A DNA stretch of 43,870 nucleotides from Macrostomum lignano (GCA_002269645.1 NIVC01002828.1:1-43870); one strand, 5' to 3'; numbered from the stretch's first letter, positions 11,833 through 23,212 are shown. The notes: a model not told the origin generated them from the letters alone. Numbers and translations: made by a program.

Positions 11833-12663
11833 TTAGAAGTTGAACGTGCACCCATCGAAGAGGCAGTTGGCAAACATCGGCTGTTGCACACTTCGCATGT
11901 CAACTTGAGCTTGCTGCATGACTGTTGCACTAGTGGTTGCACTCGTAGTCGCCTCGGTTGGTGGGGCCAAATTGTCACTAACAGCGGTAGCAACCTTCCT
12001 GAGGGTTCTGTCACGCTTGCGTGCGAGATAATGTCGAACAGTGGACTCCGATCGTTGTCCCGTTACCGCCATTATCTCACCCATAGGCATTCCTTTGTCG
12101 AAAAGATCCGCAATACGCGTGACGCGTATGCAGTGATTCGTGTACTGCTTGGAGGGGTTGCACACACTACTAACGTGCTTCATGAATGCCGCCAACCAAT
12201 TGACACCGCGCACTTGCGTAGCAGAGAAGCGAATTTGTCCTCCCGAATTGTTAGTCAGAGGGCGCGGAAAGAACGAGGACGAATTCTGCGGTAACAAACT
12301 CTGATAATGCAGGATCAACTCCCGCTGAGCGCCGTAGATCCGACTCTGTTTGCGCTGAGTTCCCTTGCATTTTGTTGGATCGCTACTCTGGTTTTTTGTC
12401 TTTATCGGCGGCAAAGCAAGATATGGATTCCCATCAGCGTCGACTTCTTCTTGGAGCGTGCCAACTTGCTTTAGACTTGACAGGTGTTCTTGACCTCTCT
12501 CGCCCAGGACATACAGCAGCGTAAATAGTACTTCATCTTGCAACCGTTCAACCGAACGGTCAAAATAAGCACGCATTTTCTGTAAATCACCTTCTTCTAT
12601 TGGCTCGTGCTGATTGACAGTGCCTCCATCAGCATGAAAATGCCGCACCTTTACTCGCAGCAT
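11833..12663 (-). CDS. Crypton (DUF3504-like) tyrosine recombinase, catalytic domain, 276 aa; N-terminus disrupted
   Basis: HEPIEEGDLQKM, RLQDEVLF, GERGQE (R), TNHCIR (HxxR), TGQRS (His position), RHY (Y), C-terminal FDGCTFNF. An upstream out-of-frame segment reads DISGL...QWTGL. Confidence 0.85.
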   Translation of the reverse strand: MLRVKVRHFHADGGTVNQHEPIEEGDLQKMRAYFDRSVERLQDEVLFTLLYVLGERGQEHLSSLKQVGTLQEEVDADGNPYLALPPIKTKNQSSDPTKCKGTQRKQSRIYGAQRELILHYQSLLPQNSSSFFPRPLTNNSGGQIRFSATQVRGVNWLAAFMKHVSSVCNPSKQYTNHCIRVTRIADLFDKGMPMGEIMAVTGQRSESTVRHYLARKRDRTLRKVATAVSDNLAPPTEATTSATTSATVMQQAQVDMRSVQQPMFANCLFDGCTFNF

Positions 12664-12825
12664 CTTACTGCTGTCTTACGCTCAGACCAGTCCACTGACT
12701 AACTTCTTCACCAGGATCACGATGTCCAAGTTGCTGCAGAAACGCAATCTCATTCATTTCTAAACCGCTAATATCTTTCTCTAGTATTGATTCCCAGTGA
12801 AACATGGCTAATTCCGAACCTTTAA

Positions 12826-15467
12826 CCACGAGAAGACTGATGGTAAGCAGTGCTTACCATGGCCCAACTCAACTTTCTGCCGACCAGAGTAAATTAAATT
12901 CTATGGCTAAATTGGTAGTATCCGTTCTTGCCGGATATGGTAAGCACTGCTTACCATGAGTATTCTAGGTTTTCTTGTTTTCTGACAATTATAGGCTTTG
13001 CATTCTACATTCTTAATTGTTTCGTCAGTAACGTTCCTTTGTGCATTGGTTCAAAAACACACATTTTGTTCGAAGAGGCTTCAATAAAGTTTGAAATCGA
13101 ATTAACTAATAACAGAGTTAAACAACAAAAACGAGAATGAAAAACCTGATAATATTCTGGCTGATCGAACTTACTGCGCATACAGAGCGTACGGCTCGTG
13201 CACTACAGAAACTATAACTAGTGAAACTAATATAAATTATCAAGAGTTGTGAACTAATTTGAGCTAAAGACAAGAGCCAAAAACAGTAAACAGAAAGGAT
13301 GAAAACTTTAGTTTTAGCAGAAAGTGAGTCCATTCTGCCGATGCTCGTACTTTAACGCTGCGAATGCCAGCGTTGGAAGCAATCTAACAAACAAAGTCCC
13401 GGGCATCCTGGACATCGGCTGCAGAAATAAACTGTGCGCCGGGAACTGGCAGAACTGTAGCACATTCTGCACCTTTTCGTAGGTCTGGGCTGGGTAGGAC
13501 GACCTGGGATTTTCTCCGGAAAATGCTGCTCAGAGACTGCAACTGTTTGCAGCATGGAAGCCGGTCGCTTCCTGCCATTTCCAGTTCGCTCTATCAAATC
13601 ACGGAAGCTGGCTTCGAGATATCTGATAAAAGTATTCTGGCCACCACACTTGCAGTACAGAACCCAAGCGTTGCGCACCATTTGAAGGCACATATGCAAA
13701 CCCAGCTTGTGGAACCATTTTGTTGTCTTTCTGCCGGCATCATAGGGCTGCAGGGTGCCGTCCAGCGTGTCCACTCCACCCATGCAGCGATTGTAAGTTA
13801 GCACACTGCGGCTCTTCTGCACTGCCACATGCTGACCAGCTCGATTGATCTTGACTTTCTCTGCCTTTGACGCAACGTCCTTCGTGTCCAGCAAATACAA
13901 GGTCTTGACTCCACTCTGCTTTCTCTCGACAGCCTTCACAATCAGAACACGTCCCTTCCTCGCGAAAGCTACATTATTCGGAACCACTAAAGCCTGCCGA
14001 AGCTGAGCCGGAACTCCTCGGTCTGGCCTCACGGTGCCCGTCAAGAACGTTGAATGGTCGATAAGGAACTGGGACAACCTGTATGATGTAAACCAGGTGT
14101 CGGTAAATATTCTGTACCCCTGGTCCAGAATGTCCTTGGCCAGCTCAGCTACGATTCGCTCACTGAGAGAAAGATGTTCCCAGTCGTGTGTGGAGCCAAA
14201 CTTCCGATTTTCTTCTGGAGTTGAGTGCACAAGGAAACTGAAGAGATAAGCAGACTTCGACTCACACAGACAGTACATTTTCATGCCGGACTTCGCCCGC
14301 TTTGTTGGAATGTACTGCTTAAAACGAAGTCGGCCCTTAAACAGTATCAATGACTCATCAATGCTCACTTCACATTCAGGCCGGTAGTTGTTCTTGCAAT
14401 AAGTTTGGAGCAGATTCATGAATGGACGAATCTTGTGTAGTGGGTTGGCGCTTGCTTCTTCCCTGCTGTCGTAGAAGCGCAGAAATGTCAGCAGCTGTTT
14501 GAATCTATCGCGAGCTAACGCCTCGGGCTTCTGAAAGTAAGGTATGCAGTGAAAATCGTCTGTGCTCCAGTAGTCATGTAGCTCGGACTTTTTTTCAGGC
14601 CCATGTACAAGTGCATGCCGACTAGCTTTTTCATCTCGCTTGCGGTGCAGTCCCGCCAGCTAGATACAATGGACGGAAGGACGTCCGTCTCAGGATCCAG
14701 TTCCATCAGCATGGTGGCCACCTTGGCGTTTGTCCATTCAGCGAGGCGTTGGAAAAGCTCTTCAGAAAGAAACATTTGTAAAAATAAAGACTTATCCTTC
14801 TCAACATCCTCAGGAATTAAAAAGTTCGGATTGAGGCCAGCAGTTCCGGTAAATTCAAAACATTCTGTCCCTTCATCGGACCCAGGCTCGACAAGTCGCC
14901 AAAAATTCTCAACTTCAGCAGTATCGCCATCTGCAAACTCCTGTTCTTCCTCGCCGTCAGGCCCTTCTATGGTTGGAGGATTGCCATCCAGTGCTTCTTC
15001 GCCAACCTCCTCGCCAGGCTCCTCGTCTATTGTTAAGTAGGAGTCGAGGCTTGCTTCACTGTCAGAGGTCATGTAGTCGATCTCAGAGGCAGAAGCCATG
15101 TACTTTAGGATATCAGTGAGTAAATACTGTGTCAAATTTAGCGAGAAAAGGCTAACAAACAAGATGGTAAGAGTGTTACTGTAAGAAAGCTAGTTTTATA
15201 GCAAAGGGGACTTGCTGTCTGAGCACAGATTTCTATGGTAAGCAGCGCATACCAAGCAGGCAGCAAGTGAAACTGTTTTATTGGCTAAAGCAGTAGTGCT
15301 GTTCATTTCCTTCCCGTCTAGCGTGTCAGTTTGAGCCAAGCTGGATCAGTAAGCCTAGCCAGCAGGAATGGAAGTGACATGCTATGCCAGAAAATATCTA
15401 TGGTAAGCACTGCTTACCAAGCAGTCGGGAACAGACAAATTATGGATTCTGGTTAGGCAGGAAGAGG
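12826..15467 (-). mobile_element. piggyBac DNA transposon
   Basis: TTAA at 12822-12825 and 15468-15471, CC..GG ends. Four subterminal palindromes TGGTAAGCASTGCTTACCA near 12841, 12938, 15237 (variant) and 15402. Confidence 0.8.
13352..15099 (-). pseudogene. piggyBac transposase, about 582 aa, single frameshift in the A7 run near 14588-14594
   Basis: Acidic N-terminus, SIDESLI / FTDTWFTS / GGVDTLD catalytic aspartates, C-terminal CxxC...CxxC...C...C cysteine-rich domain. Shifting frame restores KSELHDYWSTDD...RDRFKQLLTFLRF. Confidence 0.92.
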
Positions 15468-15616
15468 TTAAAGCTGTTTAAATCTTATTTTTCTCTCCCA
15501 CCCACCAGGGGCCGATTTCACGAAACACTGCTAACAGCTATTTAGCCACTGCTAACTGCCAAAAGCAGTGGCTGGGTTACTCAAAGTGACTGCTAAGTAG
15601 CAGCGTCTAGCTGTCT

Positions 15617-16219
15617 ATGACTAGCAGGTCAGATCGGGTGCCGAGGGTGAGAGAGTTGATTTCACGAAGCTCATTGAACGTGATGCTCGTGTCAGGTCCC
15701 CAACACCAATTCCTGGCATGTAACGCGTCCTGGCCGGGAAGTGTGAACGACGTTCGCGTGCTGCGTAATAGCAGCGTGTATGATGCGTTCGAGAACGCAG
15801 GATTTCGACCATTTCACGATGCAGTCTTATTGGGAGACTCAATCTACCCATGCCTTGAATGGCTGGTCCCACCTGTCCACGGTGACAATCTCCCGGTTGC
15901 ATCTCGGCGGTTCAACCGGGCACATCGAGTGACGCGCTCCTCGGTCGAGCGGAGCATTGGCCTACTGAAGCTAAGGTTTCCGTGTCTGCGGATGCTGCGC
16001 GTGGCGACCCCCGAGTTGGCTGGTGAGATTGTGAAGACCTGCGTCACACTACACAATCTCTGCAAAAGCATCGAGGGAGAAGTTGACGACAACATCGTTC
16101 AGAAATACAACATCACGGAGGAAGAAGACGCTGGAGGACATCATGCCGTGGCAGCTCACGTTGCTCCTCACGGAGCTCGCCGACGGGACAGGCTTGTGGC
16201 CGGTTTCGCGGCACAATGA
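15617..16219 (+). pseudogene. Harbinger (HARBI1-like) transposase, C-terminal half only
   Basis: SWPGSVNDVRV, LLGDSIYP, FNRAHRVTRSSVERSIGLLKLRFPCL, CVTLHN. N-terminal catalytic D region missing. Confidence 0.88.
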
Positions 16220-16427
16220 GTGGCGCTATTGTGGTCTACACTGTGGTTGTCGTTTGTCAGTGGTAACAAACCATTGCTACTTTACATGCGATAGTTGTGT
16301 CCAAATTTGTGTCGAAAGTTTGTTTTGGGTGTTCATGTTTTTGGAAGGAAGTGGTCACTGTATTACTACATGTACCTTCGGCATATGAAAGCAAAATGGA
16401 TAAGGCCAAACAGCCCCCTGTCAATTG

Positions 16428-16881
16428 TCAACGCTTCAATAAACCCATATTATCCATTGTGTATTTCCAGCACGATACTATGATGTATTTTTCGTGAAAA
16501 ACGATTGTAACATCGACATACATGTACTGAAATGTAACAACAGTAGCAGTAACAACAAACACTGGCACTCTTCCTTCCGATGATCTGCAGCACGAGATCG
16601 TCCAGTTCGGTGATTTTGCGCTCAACGCCCCCATCGCTTCCCGTCTTTCTTCTTTCATCGTTCTTCTTATTTGCTCCCAGCCTCAGATTTTTTCAGAGCG
16701 TGTCTCTCAGCTGCGTCACCGATTTGTCTACACCGTGAGCCACCATGATGCTTTGCACTTCGTTCCATGCTTGCAGCTTTCTCTTCTTACCGTCCGCATA
16801 GTCGTCGAATTTTTCCATAAGGACATCCTTCCGTCGTAGCATCTCAAGCAGAAACAGCTTCTTGTTCTCGTTCGACACCAT
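16428..16881 (-). pseudogene. Harbinger Myb/SANT-like DNA-binding protein with premature stop
   Basis: KKRKLQAWNEV...SVTQLRDTL*KNL...KTGSDGG...ITELDDLVLQIIG. Convergent with the transposase. Confidence 0.75.
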
Positions 16882-17557
16882 GGCAGAATAGTCACAGACG
16901 GATCCGATCCAGCGACAACCAGAGAATGATGTACGCGTCTCCTTTGGTATGTTTATTACAAAAAGAACTTTTTTGTTCTTTTAGAGTTTAGAACTTCTGC
17001 TTCAATAAAGAGGGCGCGAGACACGATAAAGTAAGATGTAGGGCTTTCCTATCGCAGAAAAGGCACAAATCAATAATCGTCTTATTGACGCCTCATGTCT
17101 ATGGCGGAGACCCACGCTAGCATGCTTTTAGCCACGGCTTACTAGCCGTTGCTTTTTAGCATGGTGTTGTGAAACCACTTTTTCAGACGCGTCTAAATAG
17201 CACGGCTAAACTAGCTGCTGCTAACTGCTAACTGCTAGCTGTTTCGTGAAATCGGCCCCAGGAGAAGAATGCTTCACACTCTATTTGGGTTTCAACCATA
17301 GACAGTCTCTGTGGACTGCGAAACCGCCACTAAGCATATAGCTAAAGCTTTTTTAACCATAGACAGTTTCTGTGGACGTGAAACCGCGTTGTGCGTCCGC
17401 GCTTCAGCCTACCCATAACACTAATATGGACTGGCTGTTCGGACTGAAATGAACTGAAACGCCTCGGCATTTCAGTCCTCAACAGCCAGTCTATATTAAT
17501 ATATTTCATCCACGCTAGCTTCTTACATTCGTCTATTCGCTTTCGCTTTCGCTTACG

Positions 17558-18240
17558 ATGCCTCTCTCTGCAAGTGAGAAGACGCTTCTGTTAGAGAAGA
17601 TACGCGACGTCAAGGGAACTTTATTTGGCGAGTTCACCTCGGTGCTAACCAGAGAAAAACGAACGAACGCATGCAAGTCGTCCGGACTTGCCGTGAGGAA
17701 TATGGTTTCGATCCGTGTCCCAGCAAAGATTTTACCTACTTGCGTGACACCGTTTGGCCAAATATTAAGCGCAGAACAATTGAGAAGGTGGATGCCAATA
17801 AGAAGACAGGAGCAGATGGTGGAAAGGACAAGCAACTAACCGAAGTTTCTAGACATCATCGACAAGAGGTCCGCCATCGTTGTTGGTCTGGATGTCCCGG
17901 AGACGTACGAAAGCACGGAGAACAACGCTGGGGACCACCACGCCAATGATGATCATCTACTGGAAAGTACAATTCATCATGACGTACAAACGTCCGCTGC
18001 TAGCACATCGCCCGGGGCGAGAACGAGCACATTTTCTGGATCGACGCAATCGACGCCTAAGCGATCTACTTCGACGGCTTCTAGTGGCAAAGCTACTGTG
18101 GACGAAGTTGCACTCAAGAGAAGAAAGATGGAGTTGCAAATCACTGAGCTAGAAATGCGATCAGAAAACTGGAGACTGCGAAACGAAAAGCTACGGATCG
18201 AGATTGAAACTCTCCAAGCACAGCGCAACTGGACAGGTAA
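17558..18240 (+). pseudogene. Harbinger Myb/SANT-like protein, frameshifted
   Basis: EKTLLLEKIRDVKGTLFGEF...DFTYLRDTVWPNIKRRT...KTGADGG...LTEV, with a coiled-coil C-terminus. Homologous to the 16881 and 20881 ORFs. Confidence 0.75.
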
Positions 18241-18803
18241 TTGTGCACCTGCTACGCTTTTTAATCAGCTGTAGTCGGTGTTCGGAGTAATGAGTTGCTT
18301 CACTGTGCTTCCAGTCTATTTCAGCAGCATTGACATATCGTGACTTTTAGGAACGCGGTTGAACAATTTTGTTAATTAGAAGGGTTGAAGTTTAGTTCAA
18401 TGATGGACAGGTTACTTACAAATACATTAAACGCAACTTGTAACTAGTAGCTACCTTTAAAAACTTTAACACTTGCGATCTCATGCCTGTCACTGAATTG
18501 AGTTTACGCTTACTGTATAGTTTCCCACTCAACCGGTTAATTTAGAAGTTTCTGCTTAACATGCGTTTAGCAATTGCTGTTGCAAAGAAATATCGTTGGA
18601 AAATAGAACCGCTAACGTTTATCCAAATGTACGTTTGCTAAATACCCTCGTCTCTAATACCGTTCGTCCGCATCTCTGTTGTCGACTAATATCGTTATAC
18701 ATAATAACAATGCGAGCAATGCGAAGCAGTTTTTTGTTAAGAGCAGGCAATTTTTAATTCAAATACATTGAATTGAGTAAACATTCGTACAATTATCAGT
18801 TGT

Positions 18804-19839
18804 TCAATGCATCAATTGCACAATTTGTTGTCTTCTTCCCTCCTCGGCGGCATCGTCCACTTCTTCCGTGTAGTCCTCTTCTGCAGCGACGTAGTCTTCT
18901 AGTCCATCCACATCTGTGTTGGGCAACAGCAGGTTATGAAGAGCAACGCAGCAGCGAATAACATTGCATCCAAAAACGGGATCGAATGGTAAACTCGACT
19001 GTAGACAGCGAAAACGTTGCTTGAGTATCCCGAATGCACACTCGACACGCGAACGCGTCCGTTTGTGCGCCCTATTATATGCGCGCTCCTGAAACGTGAC
19101 GGCCTGCTGCAATGGGACTAGAAGATAGTTTCGATTGGGGTAGCCACTATCTCCAAGCAGATAACCATTGGGGTATGGACGCCAACCAGCATCCAGAAGA
19201 TCTCAGAGCGTACTTTGACGAAAAACCCGCGCATCGTTAACTGCACCAGGCCACTTAGCGGACACGTATAAAAAGCGATAGCTTGCATCGCATACGAGCA
19301 TTGCGTTGATTGACGGGTAGCCGTGGCGATTGATATACTGTTCAGGAATTGTCGTGTGGCTTTCGAATCCTGACGTGTGTTCCGTCGATGCAGCCAATGA
19401 CACACGGCAATTGAGCGATATCCCGAAAATCGTGTAAGAGCCGTTGCATTTCGCCGGGATTATCTGGCCACTTTACTAGACGCGGCAGTAGCGCCTCGTT
19501 CACAGCCGTCACTACTCGGTGTAGAGCTCTACTTGCAGTTGGCTTAGACACGCCATGAGCATCGGCGATGATGGAAAAGTTTGCTCCTGTAGCCAAATAA
19601 CGAAGAGCCAAGCGTATTTGTTGCGAATTGCTCAAAGCGTAGTTGCGGCTCGTCGGGTGGTCCAGTGTCGCTCCGATAGTATTTGACAGTTCTAGCACAT
19701 GTTCCTCCCATAGCGGAAACCTTGACATGTGATCGCTGTAGTTGACATCCCAGATAAAATTGACACGCTCTTTAAACGTGCGTCGTCGCTTGGGTTCGAC
19801 AGAACCGTCGCTCTCATCGTCTGACGTTTTGAACAGCAT
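18804..19839 (-). pseudogene. Harbinger transposase (one frameshift, one TGA)
   Basis: IRLALRYLATG, IGCIDGTHVRI, KWPGAVNDARVF, LLGDSGYP, RVECAFGILKQRFRCL, CVALHN. Confidence 0.92.
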
Positions 19840-20197
19840 AAATCGAAGTAGCCCGAGCACAATTAAGCACAATAATAATCGATAGTAAAAAATACGCAGT
19901 GCGATTAGAGGTTGCTTAGTGAGGTTAGAAGAAAGCGTTCTTTGAAAACTGTGTGCTTTTAGTTTACAAGTGCGAGTAAAAGAAGGCGACTATTCAACTT
20001 GTCAGCAATTACAAGTGTTTGGGGTTGTAGACATAGACGCTTTATGAAACAAAACGCTTGTAGCACGTACTTGTAGCTACTCTCTTGTAGCTTGTAGGAG
20101 CTTGTAGCTTTGTCAAAGTTTATGAAACGAAATTCACTTGTAACTTGTCACTGATCCCACTTGTAGCTACTACAAGTCATTTATGAAACACCCCCTG

Positions 20198-20310
20198 GGG
20201 GCGTTTCATGCGTCCTTGTTACAAGCTAGAAGCATGAATAGTGACAAGTGACTATCAGTTGCTTACTTGTCACTATTCACTTGTAGCTTGTCAAATCTAT
20301 GAAACACCCC
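20198..20310. mobile_element. 113-bp Harbinger MITE
   Basis: TIRs GGGGCGTTTCAT / ATGAAACACCCC, CTG on both sides. First 55 bp nearly identical to the start of the element at 20314. Confidence 0.85.
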
Positions 20311-20313
20311 CTG

Positions 20314-21412
20314 GGGGCGTTTCATACGTCCTTGTTACAAGCTAGAAGCATGAATAGTGACAAGTGACAAGTGAACTTCGTTTCATAGGCATCCAAAACT
20401 TTACAAGCGCCTAAAAGTGACAAGTAACTTGCTACAAGCTCTTCTACAGGCGTCTTGTTCCATAGACGCTCTGTGTAGACTAGTGCAAATACTTGTAGAA
20501 TGGACAAGTTTGAATAGTGACTTGTAGAGCTTTTGGAAGCAATTAGTTTGTTATTCTATTTGTTCTAAGTTGTTCTATTTTCGATCTTCGCCACAAAAAG
20601 ATATGCATTTTGTAGATAGTGATAAGGACGATAGTGACGTTGAAGTCGCCCCGAAACGCCTAATAGTGTCATGTTGTGCCAAATAGTGTCTCTCAGATAC
20701 GTGAAATCCTTTTTAGGACACGGATCAAACCCGAAGTCGAAGCGACATAGCTCCAAGATATATTTCCACCCGTTACATCCCTTCTCTTTTGTTAGGATTT
20801 CAGTGAATTCACCGAATAAAGTATCCTTTTTCTATTTTATTTTTTCTAATGCAATCTTCTTCTCCTAGATAGACGTGGCATTCTTGCTCGCGTAGGAAAA
20901 TGATTTGGCAGAGGAATGGGCTGCGGGTGCTGAAAATGAGAATGTCTTTTAATAGTCTTGTTTTTAATAGATTTTGACCATAGACATTTGTAGATCGACA
21001 CTTGTAGCCTGTAGCTATTCGCTCAACTTACAAATTAAGTGGTGAAACGCATACTCTTGTAACTTGCCACTTGTAGTTTGTAGTGCACACACTACTACAC
21101 ACTTGTGTAGTACACACACTACACACTGTACACACACTACACACTACCACACTTGTAGTGTACAAGCTTTTAGCTTTTAATTTGTAACTCGTACGAACCG
21201 CCCCCTGGTCAAGTATTACGAGCTCGTACAACATATACCTAAAAAATATCGCTTGTCCAGTGAATGTATATGGTCAATCGTGCGCACAAGCTTGTAGCTT
21301 GTAGACGAAACCTAAAAGTGCGTGTGTGCAACGAAAATCGCATACACTTGTAGCTTGTCACTATCAGCTTGTTACTTGTCGCATCACACTAATCAATTCT
21401 ATGCAACACCCC
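20314..21412 (-). mobile_element. Harbinger derivative carrying only a decayed Myb-like gene (about 20565-20881)
   Basis: TIRs GGGGCGTTTCAT / ATGCAACACCCC. Remnant ELCRFDFGFDPCPKKDFTYLRDTIW matches the 17558 protein. ACAC/TAC low-complexity tract at about 21080-21160. Confidence 0.8.
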
Positions 21413-21439
21413 CAGAATGTCAAAAGTCGAAAACGAGCA

Positions 21440-21491
21440 AAACAAAAATAACTCAGTCAGATTAGCGCACCATTCTTTTCTTTCCTCCATG
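21440..21491 (-). mobile_element. Right terminus of the CATGGAGG MITE family
   Basis: CAGATTAGCGCACCATTCTTTTCTTTCCTCCATG matches 5183-5216. Confidence 0.6.
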
Positions 21492-21499
21492 GTCCTCAT

Positions 21500-21690
21500 G
21501 CTCAGTAGACCACGTTCTTTGGCTTCTTGGTGACAGAAAATTATGAGGGAGCTGGTAACAGTCATCTCCAATTACTACTGAGTCTTCATCCGTTACGTTG
21601 TTTACCATAAAGAATTGCTTTATTCGTTCTTCCATAGGCTTCCCATCTTTCCGGTGAACTATGTCGAACTCTGTCATTTTGCACGTTACC
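21500..21690 (-). pseudogene. Ty3/Gypsy gag N-terminal remnant
   Basis: EFD...EERIKQFFMVNNVTDED..VIGDDCYQL..NFLSP resembles the FD..W..Y.ERLEQFF.AN...IG...Y.LL..L..P gag start. Confidence 0.5.
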
Positions 21691-21799
21691 ATTGCTCTGT
21701 CCTTCGCTTCTTCTCGTAGATCTCAGAAACGAATACGAAAGGCTTCGCATTTAAGCTTTGTGCTCTTCTGGTTCCTTAGCTTGGAGTCTCGTTTATTTA

Positions 21800-22159
21800 C
21801 CCCGCATCTGCGACTATATTCTTTTGTATGCGTGTGTCGCAGACACCAAAGAAAGAAATTATATTTGATGCCATCGACTTTTCGCACCTCAAACATGAAC
21901 GTTTTTAATAGATTGTTTCTTCACCACGAGAAAGCCAATTGTATCACTACAAGCAAAAGGTTCACTGCTCGAACCACAGGCCCAAACATTTTATGGGCGT
22001 GTTCACATAAAAATGAGTATTTGGGATAGCAGCATCCAAATTCTCTTGTATATCGTCAGTTGAGAGCTTAGCGAATTGATCACTACTAGCAGCAGGATTC
22101 GTTGCAGCGGAATCTTTATTTTCAAAATATCTTAACACTAGATCTAAGCCGTCTTCCAT
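21800..22159 (-). pseudogene. Crypton recombinase N-terminal remnant
   Basis: FAKLSTDDIQENLDAAIP and, frameshifted, LLKTFMFEVRKVDGIKY match typical Crypton N-terminal motifs. Confidence 0.6.
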
Positions 22160-22180
22160 GGTTAAATGCTCCTTTATCTA

Positions 22181-23212
22181 CGAGGGTTTTCCGGTGAAAA
22201 ATAGAACAGGTGCTACGATTAGGAAACAAAGAAACAACCAGTCACTTTTCAACAGTCACTACCTTCTCCATGCAGCGCTGTCATCTCACCAGCCACTTGA
22301 TGAAGACCTCAGCGTACAGGTTTGCGGCCATGGGGTTGGTGACCCCTTCCCATGCATTCTTCACCATCCGAAAGGTGTCAAACCAATGGCATGCAATGTT
22401 GCTCTCGACATGCAGGAACAACCAGAAGTCCGCAGGTGCTGAATCAGGCGAATATGGTAGGTGCGGAACCACTTGAATGCCTCTCCTGGCCAGGAACTCC
22501 CTGGTTTTGCTCGACACTGGAAGGCGCGCATTGGAGGACTTCTGGAAGAGGATGATGGTGGAAACACCCAGCCTGTAAACCAGGTTGGGCCTCTTTTGTC
22601 AAATTTTCTCCCTGAATCGTGCTGGGCCGTGTCAGCACAGAGCAGCAATAGTCCCTGTTAACAGTCTGGCCTTGTCGGACGGAATGATGTAAACAAGGCC
22701 GTGCGAGTAAGAAAACACAATAGCCATTGTTGTTTTTCTGTCGAGGGTACCACCTGGCAGACACATACTAGAATGTCATGGACAGTGGTCTTAAGGATGG
22801 CTGATTCTTCTGCCAGCTCCCTGACAGTAAAGCACCTGTCTTTTGTATTAGCGCGGCCAGAATATGTATACATATGGATGTTCGCGGAAGTCTGGGTATA
22901 CTTGGGTCCCGGTTCCTGCCTCAGATCAGAAATCCAACCATCGTGACCAGAACGCAGTTGGTCGAAAATATTATCAACTTGGCCTCGCGACAAGGCTTCA
23001 TGTTGGTAGATATCCAGCAGGTGCCGATTGCATTATTTTGCAGGACGTGCTAGCCTTGAAGAAGTTAACAACGATGTTTCGCTGATTCAGCATTCTCTTG
23101 GCTATCATAAATTCCGTAGGGTGGGGGTATTTTTATTCACTGCATGCAAAGTACATGACTACGAGCGTATATTAAAATAGACTCAGTCCTATTTTTCACT
23201 GGAAAACCCTTG
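22181..23212 (-). mobile_element. mariner element with decayed transposase
   Basis: TIRs CGAGGGTTTTCCGGTGAAAAATAG / CTATTTTTCACTGGAAAACCCTTG, TA TSD at 22179-80 and 23213-14. HLPYSPDSAPADFWLF motif. Many stops and frameshifts. Confidence 0.9.

Larger units (their letters stand above)
15509..17258. mobile_element. PIF/Harbinger element, internally deleted
   Basis: TIRs GGGCCGATTTCACGAAAC / GTTTCGTGAAATCGGCCC. Perfect CAG TSD at 15506-15508 and 17259-17261. Confidence 0.92.
11710..17303 (-). mobile_element. Crypton-type tyrosine-recombinase transposon 1 (about 1.2 kb net of nested inserts)
   Basis: YR ORF inside. Bounded by direct CCATAGAT (11710-11717) and CCATAGAC (17296-17303). The boundaries are inferred. 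Confidence 0.55.
11259..20194. mobile_element. Two-gene PIF/Harbinger element carrying nested Crypton, piggyBac and Harbinger insertions
   Basis: TIRs GGGAGTGTTTCAT (11259) and ATGAAACACCCC (20194), CTG on both sides. Convergent Myb-like (+) and DDE transposase (-) genes. Confidence 0.65.

Noticed and set aside
11719-12294. 191-aa plus-strand ORF
   Set aside because: Antisense shadow of the Crypton recombinase.
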